Of a stretch of 47,877 bases of DNA, positions 1 to 8,582 are shown piece after piece; position 1 is the first letter of the stretch; every line of letters begins with the position of its first letter. The stretch is from positions 1 to 47,877 of the forward strand of contig LBQR01000025.1 in NCBI GenBank assembly GCA_000990945.1. Reading direction: 5' to 3'. The notes under the pieces were generated by a model. The model did no database searches. It was not told where the DNA came from and saw only the letters and a list, made by a program, of their open reading frames with translations. This DNA comes from Candidatus Moranbacteria bacterium GW2011_GWF2_35_54 (GTDB taxonomy: Bacteria; Patescibacteriota; Minisyncoccia; Moranbacterales; UBA9337). The translations under genes and the position numbers were made by a program.

Positions 1-804
1 AATAATTTTTGAAACTTCCGTATAATTTGTATTGCCTTGAAAATAAAAATCAGCGATTTTTAAAAGATTTCTAATTTGATAAACATACATAGAAAGGATA
101 TAAAAAGGATCACTTCCTTGAGCTAATTGCTGATGCAATAATTCCAGGGCCTTTTGCTTATTGCCCGAAGCAATAAATTCTATGGTTTGAAAAATATTAG
201 CCTCTACGTTTGAGCTTAGAAATTTAGCGACCTGATCACTCAAATCCTCATTAAAATCATCTTTACCAATAAAATTAACAATTTTTGATATCTCTCCATC
301 AATCGCGAAAAGATCTCCATTTTTACTGCTAACTAAACTATCAATAATTTTTGAATCAACTTTGGCACCAAGAGATAAAAATCTTTTTTCTATCCAATTT
401 CTCAGCTGAACATTGCTTAACTTACTAAATTCTTCACTTTTTGAATTTCTAATCAACCATTTGAATATTTTATCATTTTTTTTTGGTTTTTCGTTTTCTA
501 AAAAAATAATAATATTTTCGGGAGAATTTGCATTATCAAGATTATCTGTAAAAAAATTTACAAAATCTTCTCTTAAACCAGCATTTTCTTGGGATAATAA
601 ATTTTTGGCAATTATTAAATAATTTTGCGAAAATAAGCCTCTTGATTTCATGGCTATTTTAAATTCGTTGTAAAAATTACCTTCGCCAAAATCAAAAACA
701 CTCGAAGTTGCATTCGAGGTGTTTTTTTTAAAGAATTCTTCTTTAAGTTGCTTTAATTTTTCATTCAGGCGAAATTTATCTTCGCCATAAAGAAATACAA
801 TCAT
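1..804 (-). CDS. holA: DNA polymerase III delta subunit (HolA); C-terminal end runs off the left edge
   Basis: Not in the ORF track because it is open to the window edge. Hand translation of the minus strand from the ATG at 804 gives MIVFLYGEDKFRLNEKLKQLKEEFFKK...NIFQTIEFIASGNKQKALELLHQQLAQGSDPFYILSMYVYQIRNLL, a typical HolA N-terminus and helical region. An in-frame ATG at 840 is an alternative start. Confidence 0.7.
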   Translation of the reverse strand, partial: MIVFLYGEDKFRLNEKLKQLKEEFFKKNTSNATSSVFDFGEGNFYNEFKIAMKSRGLFSQNYLIIAKNLLSQENAGLREDFVNFFTDNLDNANSPENIIIFLENEKPKKNDKIFKWLIRNSKSEEFSKLSNVQLRNWIEKRFLSLGAKVDSKIIDSLVSSKNGDLFAIDGEISKIVNFIGKDDFNEDLSDQVAKFLSSNVEANIFQTIEFIASGNKQKALELLHQQLAQGSDPFYILSMYVYQIRNLLKIADFYFQGNTNYTEVSKII

Positions 805-821
805 TTTATTTGATAAATAAA

Positions 822-1957
822 TTAACTGGCGGGAGTCCATCTCAAGACTTGTCCTGGCTCAAGAATCTCCACCCAAATTTGACCAGGGATAAACATTATT
901 TCTTTGCCACTCTCGTCATAGAAAAATAATTTACTTTCTAATTTTACTCTTTGCCATTCATATAATAATAAGCTTCCCCGCTTCCACTCTCATCGTACCA
1001 CGGATCTCCGATTTGTACGTTATTGTATCTTCCGCTAATGCTTTCTGCTCCGGTATTTTTTACTTCCTCAACACCTTCCCAGGGACTTTTTAATCCCTTA
1101 CCTGTATAATCTTGAGTGTTGGTGATTTGTTCTGATTTAGCAAACATTACTACGATGTTTTTTGGCGCCAATCTTTCTTTGTTGTTTCTATCTATATCAG
1201 CCACATCGTTCCAGGTTCGCAAAAACGTATTTGTTTCTCTGTCATAAGTATAATTTACGTCATATGGACTAGCAAAGGCTACTCTCAGTTCCCCGCCATT
1301 TCCTCTATTTTCAAGGCTAGCTTCTTTTTGATGAGGATAACCGGCAAACTTAGTCTCCGCTCTACCACCAACCGCATTCATGGCTGCTAGCGCTTTTTCA
1401 CCTTTGATATGTCCGGAATCTTCCATTCGCATAGTCGCATCGTTTTGCCAATCCCATCTTTCGCAATAGTTAGTTGTCATGCAATCAATGCGATCAATGA
1501 CATTTTTGTTTAACAAATCAAGAGCGAAGTGTGATCCTCCCCAATGAATAAAGAAAGCATCTATGGCACCAGCTAGAGCGATATGATCATGACGAGCGCT
1601 TCTCATCGCGCCAATCTCTTTTGGAATAGCACATGAATATACTCCCAATAATCTAGTTACCGAAGAAGTATAGGCTGGCAATTCAAAAACCATATCCGCC
1701 TCCGAAAATCCTGCCGCTGGCCTAGCTTGAAGATCAGAAGGTTGCATCACCGCAATCGGTCGGCGATTCCAATTTTCACAAGCCAATCCGGAAATAGGAT
1801 TAATATTTCCTTCATTTAAAGGTTCTTGATTTTCTTCAGTTTTTTTTTCCGATACTTTATTTTTACGAACTGCATCTCTTAGTGTTGTAAAATAAACCAC
1901 TACACCAACTACGATTAAAATTGTGCTGGCAATAATCATTTTTTGCTTTTTGTTCAT
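822..1957 (-). CDS. DUF3048-family secreted protein (YerB-like); 3' end frameshifted in this assembly
   Basis: ORF 944..1957 has an N-terminal TM segment, then RPIAVMQPSDLQARPAAGFSEADMVFELP...MRSARHDH, which is DUF3048-like. Past the stop at 944 another frame reads RVKLESKLFFYDESGKEIMFIPGQIWVEILEPGQV to a stop at 822. The two frames join if the T3 run at 950-952 were one base longer. Confidence 0.65.
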
Positions 1958-1997
1958 TTATTTATTGTTAAAATTATTTAAATATTTTCTATTATTA

Positions 1998-2135
1998 GGA
2001 CTCACACATTTGAACTACTGCAACTGTAGTTTCTGAAAAATATTATTTTTTCGAACTGCCGTGCGAAGCGAAAGGCGAGAAAAAATGATATTTTTTAGAA
2101 ACGCATGCAATAAAAGAGTAGCCAAACACGTAGGT
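1998..2135. repeat. Long palindromic intergenic element, copy 1
   Basis: CACATTTGAACTACTGCAA...GTTTCTGAAAAATATTATTTTTTCG...CGAGAAAAAATGATATTTTTTAGAAAC... has an approximately 25-bp internal stem. Homologous to 33962-34130. Confidence 0.75.
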
Positions 2136-2185
2136 ATTATATTTTTCCTATTCAAGCGCTCTCCATTCGTGTCGCCTTGCTTAAA

Positions 2186-3187
2186 TTATTTTTGACATTT
2201 TTTACAAATAAAAACACTCCGCTGACCCATTTGAATCCTTTCTACTATATTATCACATTTTTTATTTTTTGCGAGAGCTTGCCTAGATAGACATTTTTCT
2301 CCCTCTCTATTATAGACTTTTAAAACTTTTTGAAAACTTCCCGGTTTCCCCATCGTATCACGATAATCGCTATCAGATGTGCCTCGCATTTTTATTGCTT
2401 TTTTAAGAGTCTCTACAATTTGTTTGTATATTAAGACTATTTCAGTATTTACTAATTCTCCGACTTTTCTCTCTGGATTTACTCCAGCTTCAAAAAGAAT
2501 TTCACTGCGATAAATATTGCCTATTCCTGCAATCAGATATTGGTCCATTAATAATATTCCGATTTTGCTTTTTTGCTTTTTGCTTAAAATTTCTTGAAAC
2601 TTTTTCAAAGTAAATTTTTTATCCATCGCGTCGATGCCCAATTTTTTTATCTCAGGCAACTCCCCAATCTTATCTGTATCCACCAAGACAATTTTCCCAA
2701 ATTTTCTCAAATCCGAAAACTCCATCAGTAATATATCTTTTTCTTTCTTTAGCGTCCACCTGTGTCTGATATACTGATTAACCCGATCCTCAAAATAATC
2801 CTTCTCCTTCCCCGTTCCATTCCCGTCCCTCTCTCCTGTACTCGGGAGAGAGTTGGGGTGAGGGTGAATTTTTGATTTTGAATTTATTTGGAAATTGGAA
2901 ATTGGAAATTGGAAATTCTTTTGATTCCTTTGAGACTTCAAAAGCAAATGTCCTGTCATCTTCAAATGCACATACATCGTTTTTCCTCCGCTCAAATCAA
3001 TAAAAATATTTTTTCCAAGTCTTCGCACTCTCAAAATCCTTCTTCCGCCAATACCAGCTTGAAATTTTTTTAAACTAATTCCCTTAATTCCTTTTTCCCA
3101 TTCACTCCAAAAATCGACTACCTGGTAGCCGACTATTTTTTTATTTAAATCCCTGATAATTGTCTCAACCTCAGGTAATTCCGGCAT
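2186..3187 (-). CDS. mutM: Formamidopyrimidine-DNA glycosylase (Fpg/MutM) with an internal repeat-derived insertion
   Basis: N-terminal MPELPEVETI catalytic motif, H2TH region (IAGIGNIYRSEILF) and a C-terminal Cys4 finger (C-x11-C...C-x2-C, versus the usual CxxC...CxxC). About 45 extra residues (QFPISNFQINSKSKIHPHPNSLPSTGERDGNGTG) are encoded by repeats at 2806-2917. Confidence 0.9.
   Translation of the reverse strand: MPELPEVETIIRDLNKKIVGYQVVDFWSEWEKGIKGISLKKFQAGIGGRRILRVRRLGKNIFIDLSGGKTMYVHLKMTGHLLLKSQRNQKNFQFPISNFQINSKSKIHPHPNSLPSTGERDGNGTGKEKDYFEDRVNQYIRHRWTLKKEKDILLMEFSDLRKFGKIVLVDTDKIGELPEIKKLGIDAMDKKFTLKKFQEILSKKQKSKIGILLMDQYLIAGIGNIYRSEILFEAGVNPERKVGELVNTEIVLIYKQIVETLKKAIKMRGTSDSDYRDTMGKPGSFQKVLKVYNREGEKCLSRQALAKNKKCDNIVERIQMGQRSVFICKKCQK
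2806..2917. repeat. GC hairpin (CTCTCTCC/GGAGAGAG) plus GGAAATT x4 tandem repeat, inside mutM
   Basis: Hairpin stem at 2829-2836 / 2845-2852. Tandem GGAAATT at 2890-2917. The same TTGGAAATT word recurs intergenically at 3311-3352. Confidence 0.85.
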
Positions 3188-3366
3188 ATATTTTCGCCCG
3201 CTAATAAATTAATTCTTTTTTTCTTATTCTAATAGAAAATATGCCGTTGGTCTAGCTCAAAAATCCACCAGCCATCTGCAATCAGTCATAATATTATTCT
3301 AACATTAAATCATTGGAAATTTATTGGAAATTGAGCATTGAGCATTGGAAATTACTTAAAATTTTA

Positions 3367-3915
3367 CTAAATTTTAAGTACACAACTTTCCACTGAGGCG
3401 AATTTTCTTTTACCATCAATGAGGGTGCTTTCGAAAACTTCTACGCTTTCAATCGGAAGTAGCACGGTGAAACCTTCACCTATTTCAGGAGTTGGATCTA
3501 GTTTTTGCCAACCATATTGCTGAATCCTGCCTAATGTAATAGTGGGTCGAAAAACTTTTTTGGGCTGAGTAAAAATTCCAAGAGATTTTTCAATCTCTTC
3601 ACAAAGTTTTTTTAATTTTTCGTTTTCCTTACCGCTAAAAACAATCATCTTTGCCCCTTTGCCAGCTACTGGACTAAGTTCAATCTTGTCCATATCAATA
3701 TCAAAAAGATCCACTCCTTCGGTTACTTTTCGCACCTTATCGCAAATATCAAAAACGACATCGTCACTCACATGTCCCAAATTAATCAGATTTAAGTGCA
3801 AATTCTCTTCTCTGCTCCATCTGATGGGCAGGTCTTTCCATTTCTCCACCTTTTGCATCAATCTTTTTTTGACAGCCTCTGATAATTCAATTCCAATAAA
3901 AATTTTTCTTTGCAT
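3367..3915 (-). CDS. 2H phosphoesterase family protein (LigT/ThpR-like), catalytic motifs degenerate
   Basis: 182 aa with the LigT layout. Motif 1 is NLHLNLINLG (HxN instead of HxT). Motif 2 is FRPTITLGR (Thr where the second catalytic His is expected). Confidence 0.6.
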   Translation of the reverse strand: MQRKIFIGIELSEAVKKRLMQKVEKWKDLPIRWSREENLHLNLINLGHVSDDVVFDICDKVRKVTEGVDLFDIDMDKIELSPVAGKGAKMIVFSGKENEKLKKLCEEIEKSLGIFTQPKKVFRPTITLGRIQQYGWQKLDPTPEIGEGFTVLLPIESVEVFESTLIDGKRKFASVESCVLKI

Positions 3916-3989
3916 AAATGTCTTTACTTGCTAGTTAATTCTAATATTTTAAGCTTAAGCTATAATTAAATTTTTTACAAATAAGCGCT

Positions 3990-4060
3990 AGGTTTTAGTT
4001 TATAGTTTATAGTTTGTAGGTTTTAGTTTATAGTTTGTAGGTTTTAGATTATAGATTTTA
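3990..4060. repeat. Degenerate tandem repeat (about 21-nt unit GGTTTTAGTTTATAGTTTGTA)
   Basis: Three units read directly from the sequence. The word GTTTGTAG is the reverse complement of CTACAAAC, which is repeated inside priA (5043-5075). Confidence 0.8.
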
Positions 4061-4090
4061 ATTGCAAAAAGTAGCGGATAAGCATAGTTT

Positions 4091-4138
4091 AAAAAATTAA
4101 AAAAATTACGTGCCTAGGCATATTTCTGCCGAGGCACG
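4091..4138 (-). terminator. Rho-independent terminator of the small Cys-rich ORF
   Basis: Stem CGTGCCT/AGGCACG (4109-4115 / 4132-4138) with inner GGCA/TGCC. Followed on the minus strand by a T-rich run (4091-4108). Confidence 0.6.
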
Positions 4139-4158
4139 AGAATGAAAGAATTTAATCC

Positions 4159-4362
4159 TCAATTTTTTTGGGTTCGAGAGCAGCCCTCGCAATTAGCAGT
4201 GCTTCCAGGCTTACAGTCCTTTAGAAGATATATTCCTGGACAATTTAAGTACTCTCGCGCTGCATCTGTCTCCTGATCTTTGGGCTTACTGATAAGATGA
4301 AGTTGCCATAGACAAATGCCAGTAGTTCCTAGTTTTTTTCCCTCTTCAATTGTTGTAGACAT
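4159..4362 (-). CDS. Small Cys-rich hypothetical protein (67 aa)
   Basis: Strong SD (GGGAGGG, 4367-4373) 4 nt before the ATG. Terminator hairpin directly downstream. Visibly GC-richer than its neighbours. No family recognised. Confidence 0.5.
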   Translation of the reverse strand: MSTTIEEGKKLGTTGICLWQLHLISKPKDQETDAAREYLNCPGIYLLKDCKPGSTANCEGCSRTQKN

Positions 4363-4522
4363 GTCTCCCTCCCTTATTTTGCGATCTGATTTTTCAGATC
4401 TTTTTTTGTTTTCACGAAGAACTTCTTTAAACTGACTATATTATATACCTATCTACAACCAAAAACAACTACAATCTCAAAGGCGCAACCTTAAAAGACC
4501 CCAAGGTTGAGCCTTAGTATTG

Positions 4523-4594
4523 CCACATTGTTACATTGCTAAATTGTTTTAATGTTAGGATGTTAATATGCTAATATGCTAAAATGTTAATATG
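4523..4594 (+). repeat. Nine tandem 8-nt units (consensus YTAAWATG) ending in the priA start codon
   Basis: CCACATTG TTACATTG CTAAATTG TTTTAATG TTAGGATG TTAATATG CTAATATG CTAAAATG TTAATATG. The last ATG is position 4592. Confidence 0.85.
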
Positions 4595-6715
4595 ACCAAA
4601 TATATTATCAGCATCGTGCCCTTAACCAGAATTCCGCTTTATCGGGATCAATCTTTTTATTATCTTTATAAAGATAAAATTGCCCCCGGCTCATTGGTTA
4701 AAATTCCTCTTGGCAAAAGAACTATTGACGGCATAGTTTTGGAAAGCAAATCAGATTTCCCCAGAATGGGTAATATTCAACTCAAAAAAGTTATTTCTAT
4801 TACGGAAGAAAAGTTTTTGACTCTCAAGCAGATACAACTCGCTCAATTTATCTCCGATTATTACTTTGTCTCATTAGGAGTTGCGATAAAAATGTTTGTC
4901 CCGCAAATTGCAAAAACAAGAAACAAGAAGCATGAAACACAAAACATGGAGCATGGAACATGGAACATGGAACATGGAACAACAAACAAAATAAAGTTAA
5001 CTCCGGAACAAAAATCCGCCATATTAGAAATTACAAAAACTTCTACAAACTACAAGCTACAAACTACAAGCTACCTACTATTTGGTCCCGCCTCTTCTGG
5101 CAAAACCCAAGTCTATTTCGAATCTATCAAAGAAATTTTAAAAAATAAAAAAAATGCTCAAGCCCTAATTCTCTTGCCTGAACTCACCATTACCGCCCAA
5201 GAAATCCAGCGCTATGGAGAATTTTTTGGCGAGGATAAAATTGCCGTACTTCATAGCAAGTTATCCAAGGGTCAATATTATAAAAATTGGCAAGCTATCA
5301 AAAATGGCACCGCGCAAATAATTATTGGCGCTCGCCATGCCGTCAGTGCTCCTTTTAAAAATCTAAAAATTATAATTGTTGACGAAGAGCAAGATATTTC
5401 TTTCAAACAATGGGAAATGAATCCGCATTATGATGCCCGTACCGTGGCCGAAGAATTAGCCCGTCTTTATAAAACCAAACTAGTTCTTGGCTCGGCCACT
5501 CCCCGCGTCGAAACATATTTTAGAAGTAGTTCAGGGTTCGCAATCAACAGTTCACAGAATAGATATAAATTATTGACACTGCCTCCACTGCGAACTGTTG
5601 ACCAAAAACTAAGAGCTAATTTAAATATGTCTTTACCGCGAACCGTTGACCGCGAACTAAGAACCACTATAGATATTATTGACTTAAGAAAAGAACATTG
5701 GAAAAATTGGAAAAAAGTAAAAATCGTTTCTCCCATATCTGAGAAACTGGAAAGTGAAATTAGATGGACTCTTCAAAATAAATTCCAAACTATTCTCTTT
5801 ATTAATCGCCAAGGAATGAGTACTTTTTCCGCTTGCACCACTTGTAAGACTGTTTTGACTTGTCCTGATTGTGAGCGGGCTTTGACTTATAGGAAAAGAG
5901 GCAACTATGAATGTTTGCACTGCAAATTTGAAACCGGAGATTTCCCGATGTGTCCAAATTGCCAAGGAATGACTTTTAGAAATGTGGGACTGGGCACCGA
6001 AAAAATAGAAAAAGAAATTGAAAAACTTTTTCCATCTGCCAAGATTGCTCGGGTAGATTCCAATAGTATGAAAAAATCAGTAAAATCTCAAGAAAATATT
6101 TGGGCTGATTTTTCGAGTAAAAAAATTGATATTTTAATCGGCACTCAGATGATTGCCAAAGCTTGGGATTTGCCCAACATTGGACTGGTAGGAATTATCG
6201 ATGCTGATAGTTTATTTGCTTTTCCCGATTTCCATACCAATGAAAATGCTTTTTCACTCATCACCCAAGCTGTTGGTAGAACTGGAAGAACCGGTGCCAG
6301 ATACGCCGGCAAAGCCATTATCCAAACTTATCACCCGGAAAATCAAGTAATCCGCTGGGCCAGTGAAAAAAATTACGCCCAACTTTATGAATATGAAATT
6401 AAAGAAAGAAAATCCCTTTCTTATCCCCCGTTTTCACAAATTATTAAGTTAACTTATAAAGATTTTTATTTAAATTCTGTAGAAAAAGAGTCAGAGAGAA
6501 TTTACCAGAAACTAAAAGAAGCTAATAATGAAAATAATAACCTTCAAATCTATCCTCCGTGCGCACCTTATGTCCCCAAGATTAGAAAAAGGTACGCCAT
6601 GCAAATTATTTTAAAAATAAAAAACGAAGGAAAGCTTTCCTCGTTACTTGAAGCAGAACTAAAATCTTTGCCCAACGGCTGGCAAATCGATGTTGATCCG
6701 ATAAGCCTTATTTAA
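4592..6715 (+). CDS. priA: Primosomal protein N' (PriA replication-restart helicase)
   Basis: Walker A GPASSGKT, DEEQD box, Cys-rich zinc region CTTCKTVLTCPDCERALTY...CLHCKF...CPNC, and a C-terminal helicase lobe (GTQMIAKAWD, GRTGR). Contains in-frame tandem-repeat insertions. Confidence 0.9.
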   Translation: MTKYIISIVPLTRIPLYRDQSFYYLYKDKIAPGSLVKIPLGKRTIDGIVLESKSDFPRMGNIQLKKVISITEEKFLTLKQIQLAQFISDYYFVSLGVAIKMFVPQIAKTRNKKHETQNMEHGTWNMEHGTTNKIKLTPEQKSAILEITKTSTNYKLQTTSYLLFGPASSGKTQVYFESIKEILKNKKNAQALILLPELTITAQEIQRYGEFFGEDKIAVLHSKLSKGQYYKNWQAIKNGTAQIIIGARHAVSAPFKNLKIIIVDEEQDISFKQWEMNPHYDARTVAEELARLYKTKLVLGSATPRVETYFRSSSGFAINSSQNRYKLLTLPPLRTVDQKLRANLNMSLPRTVDRELRTTIDIIDLRKEHWKNWKKVKIVSPISEKLESEIRWTLQNKFQTILFINRQGMSTFSACTTCKTVLTCPDCERALTYRKRGNYECLHCKFETGDFPMCPNCQGMTFRNVGLGTEKIEKEIEKLFPSAKIARVDSNSMKKSVKSQENIWADFSSKKIDILIGTQMIAKAWDLPNIGLVGIIDADSLFAFPDFHTNENAFSLITQAVGRTGRTGARYAGKAIIQTYHPENQVIRWASEKNYAQLYEYEIKERKSLSYPPFSQIIKLTYKDFYLNSVEKESERIYQKLKEANNENNNLQIYPPCAPYVPKIRKRYAMQIILKIKNEGKLSSLLEAELKSLPNGWQIDVDPISLI
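4945..4979 (+). repeat. CATGGAR x5 tandem heptamer inside priA
   Basis: Encodes MEHGTWNMEHGT. Read directly from the sequence. Confidence 0.85.
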
Positions 6716-7082
6716 ATTGTTCTAGATGTTGTAAATGTTTTAAATGTTATAATTGCTTGTCATTGCGAATAAAATTTGTACTCAAAATTTACGTGACAAT
6801 CTCCTTAAAGTATTGGAAAAACTATCATTATTGTCAGTTTTACTTTTAAAATAAAATATCTTGTATGTCATTTCGACTAAATAAATTTTTGTACTCGGAA
6901 ATTTATGCATGGAAAAATCTAACAAATATTTAAAAAATACCGTTCTAATTCATTTCGCATTTTACTTCCACGCTTTGAAATGTAGAATTAAAATGCAGAA
7001 AGTAATTTTGTAATAAAATTTAAGAACAATCTTCTGAATTAAAATTTTTTATAAAAAATAATCCTGTTAAATTCATACATAT

Positions 7083-7144
7083 GCGGAAAATAACAGCATT
7101 TAAAAAATTAAAAATCCCACCGGCAAACGCGTGCTAGCGGGATT
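7083..7144. repeat. Direct repeat copy 1 (decayed hairpin/terminator module)
   Basis: GCGGAAAATAACAGCATTTAAAAAATTAAAAATCCCACCGGCAAACGCGTGCTAGCGGGATT is near-identical to 8164-8225. Weaker similarity extends upstream (about 6989 vs 8104). Confidence 0.8.
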
Positions 7145-7168
7145 ATTTTATAAGAAAAACATAAGACG

Positions 7169-7924
7169 TCAACGACCTTCCGCGTTAATGATAAGTGCTA
7201 TCTCATCAACTATTTGCAACACTCCCTGATTTGCAGAAGGCTCACTAGCAAGAAGGATTTCTCTATTTCTCTCTATCTGAGATTGAAAAGGAGAAATATC
7301 CACCCGATTATCGAGAATCCTCAAAGCCAGATCATTTTCAACTACTCTGGCACATACTCGGAAAGGACTACATAGCAAAGTCGCCAACTCTAAAAATTCC
7401 ATTTTCGCGCAATCTACGCCCAGCAGATTAGTGATTCTCGAAAAAGCTGCTGTCTCGCAATAATCAAGTCTCTTTAGCGATACCTTTCCTTTTCCTGATA
7501 AAATATCATCTGCTTCTAGTTCAAAAATCACCAAAGCTCTTTCCATGTTTTCTTTAACCATAATCTCTCGGGCGTCTTTGAGCATATCTCGAAATTTAGC
7601 ATCAAGAAAAACATCGCCTTTGAAAACAAGTGTCCAGGCTTCCTCCAATAGCCCTCCCTCCTTAACAAGATTATTGAAACTATCAAACAACTTTCTGCTT
7701 AATAGTTTTAATTGAGCGATGTTATCTTTCCTTTTTGTTATTTCCTCAAAATAATTAAACAGAGCAAAAACCAGTGTAAGAACAACACTAATTACTACAG
7801 CAGGAATAAGAATTTCTTTAATTATTATACCCAAAGATTCTCCAATTTTTACAAAAGAAACTATGGCAACTGCTACTACCAACGCTACCGCTCCAACTAA
7901 GATTTTAGAAATGTTCTTTTTCAT
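7169..7924 (-). CDS. Hypothetical membrane-anchored protein (251 aa)
   Basis: I prefer the start MKKNISKILVGAVALVV at 7924 because GGAG lies 6 nt upstream; the ORF-track start at 8029 has no SD. Two N-terminal TM segments. Flanked by about 62-bp direct repeats. Confidence 0.55.
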   Translation of the reverse strand: MKKNISKILVGAVALVVAVAIVSFVKIGESLGIIIKEILIPAVVISVVLTLVFALFNYFEEITKRKDNIAQLKLLSRKLFDSFNNLVKEGGLLEEAWTLVFKGDVFLDAKFRDMLKDAREIMVKENMERALVIFELEADDILSGKGKVSLKRLDYCETAAFSRITNLLGVDCAKMEFLELATLLCSPFRVCARVVENDLALRILDNRVDISPFQSQIERNREILLASEPSANQGVLQIVDEIALIINAEGR

Positions 7925-8163
7925 GACATTCTCCTTTTTTGCAGAAAAATTTATTTTCTGTTTTTTTAAACTGCTTTCCATTCTGATATGCACACTAATT
8001 CTATTGTAATCCTTATAACATAAATCCAATCAAAGCGTCAAACAAAAAACTTTTCCAATCAATCCGAATTAATCATTTACTACCGTACACTAGAGTACGG
8101 TAGTAAAATGCAAAAAGTGATTTTATAAAAAACAATACAACAATGCTGTTATTTTCCGCATAC

Positions 8164-8225
8164 GCGGAAAATAACAGGATTTAAAAAATTAAAAATCCCG
8201 CTAGCAAACGCGTGCTAGCGGGATT
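8164..8225. repeat. Direct repeat copy 2 (intact bidirectional terminator hairpin TCCCGCTAGCA/TGCTAGCGGGA)
   Basis: Matches 7083-7144. Contains an 11-bp perfect stem (8196-8206 / 8213-8223) flanked by A and T runs. Preceded by a 14-bp hairpin CTGTTATTTTCCGC/GCGGAAAATAACAG. Confidence 0.8.
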
Positions 8226-8582
8226 TATTTTTGAGAGAATTGTCGACGCAAGTTAAGATCATTTCTCTGACCTTGTTGGTTTTTAAAATCATCATCCGTA
8301 TACTAGAAAAATATTTTCTGTAATATTTTCTTATCAAGGGATATGCTGGTCCCTATCAACAGAAGCTTCCTTTAAAAACTCAACCTCTCCAACACTTGCA
8401 TGCATCTTTGTGATGTTTCGGCATGATGCACAATGCCTATCTCCGCCAAACGGAGAACATTATCATCATATAATCATAGCATCCTCCTTGCGGTTAATTT
8501 TTCACTTTCTCCACCACGGAAAAAGTTTCAGATCAATTAATCGGCATCACCTCCTTCGACATTAAATTCATTTATTTTTCTA

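Noticed and set aside
3990-4594. Tandem repeats at 3990-4060 and 4523-4594 considered as a CRISPR array
   Set aside because: The units are 8-21 nt and contiguous, with no unique spacers. They are degenerate rather than conserved, and no cas genes are present.
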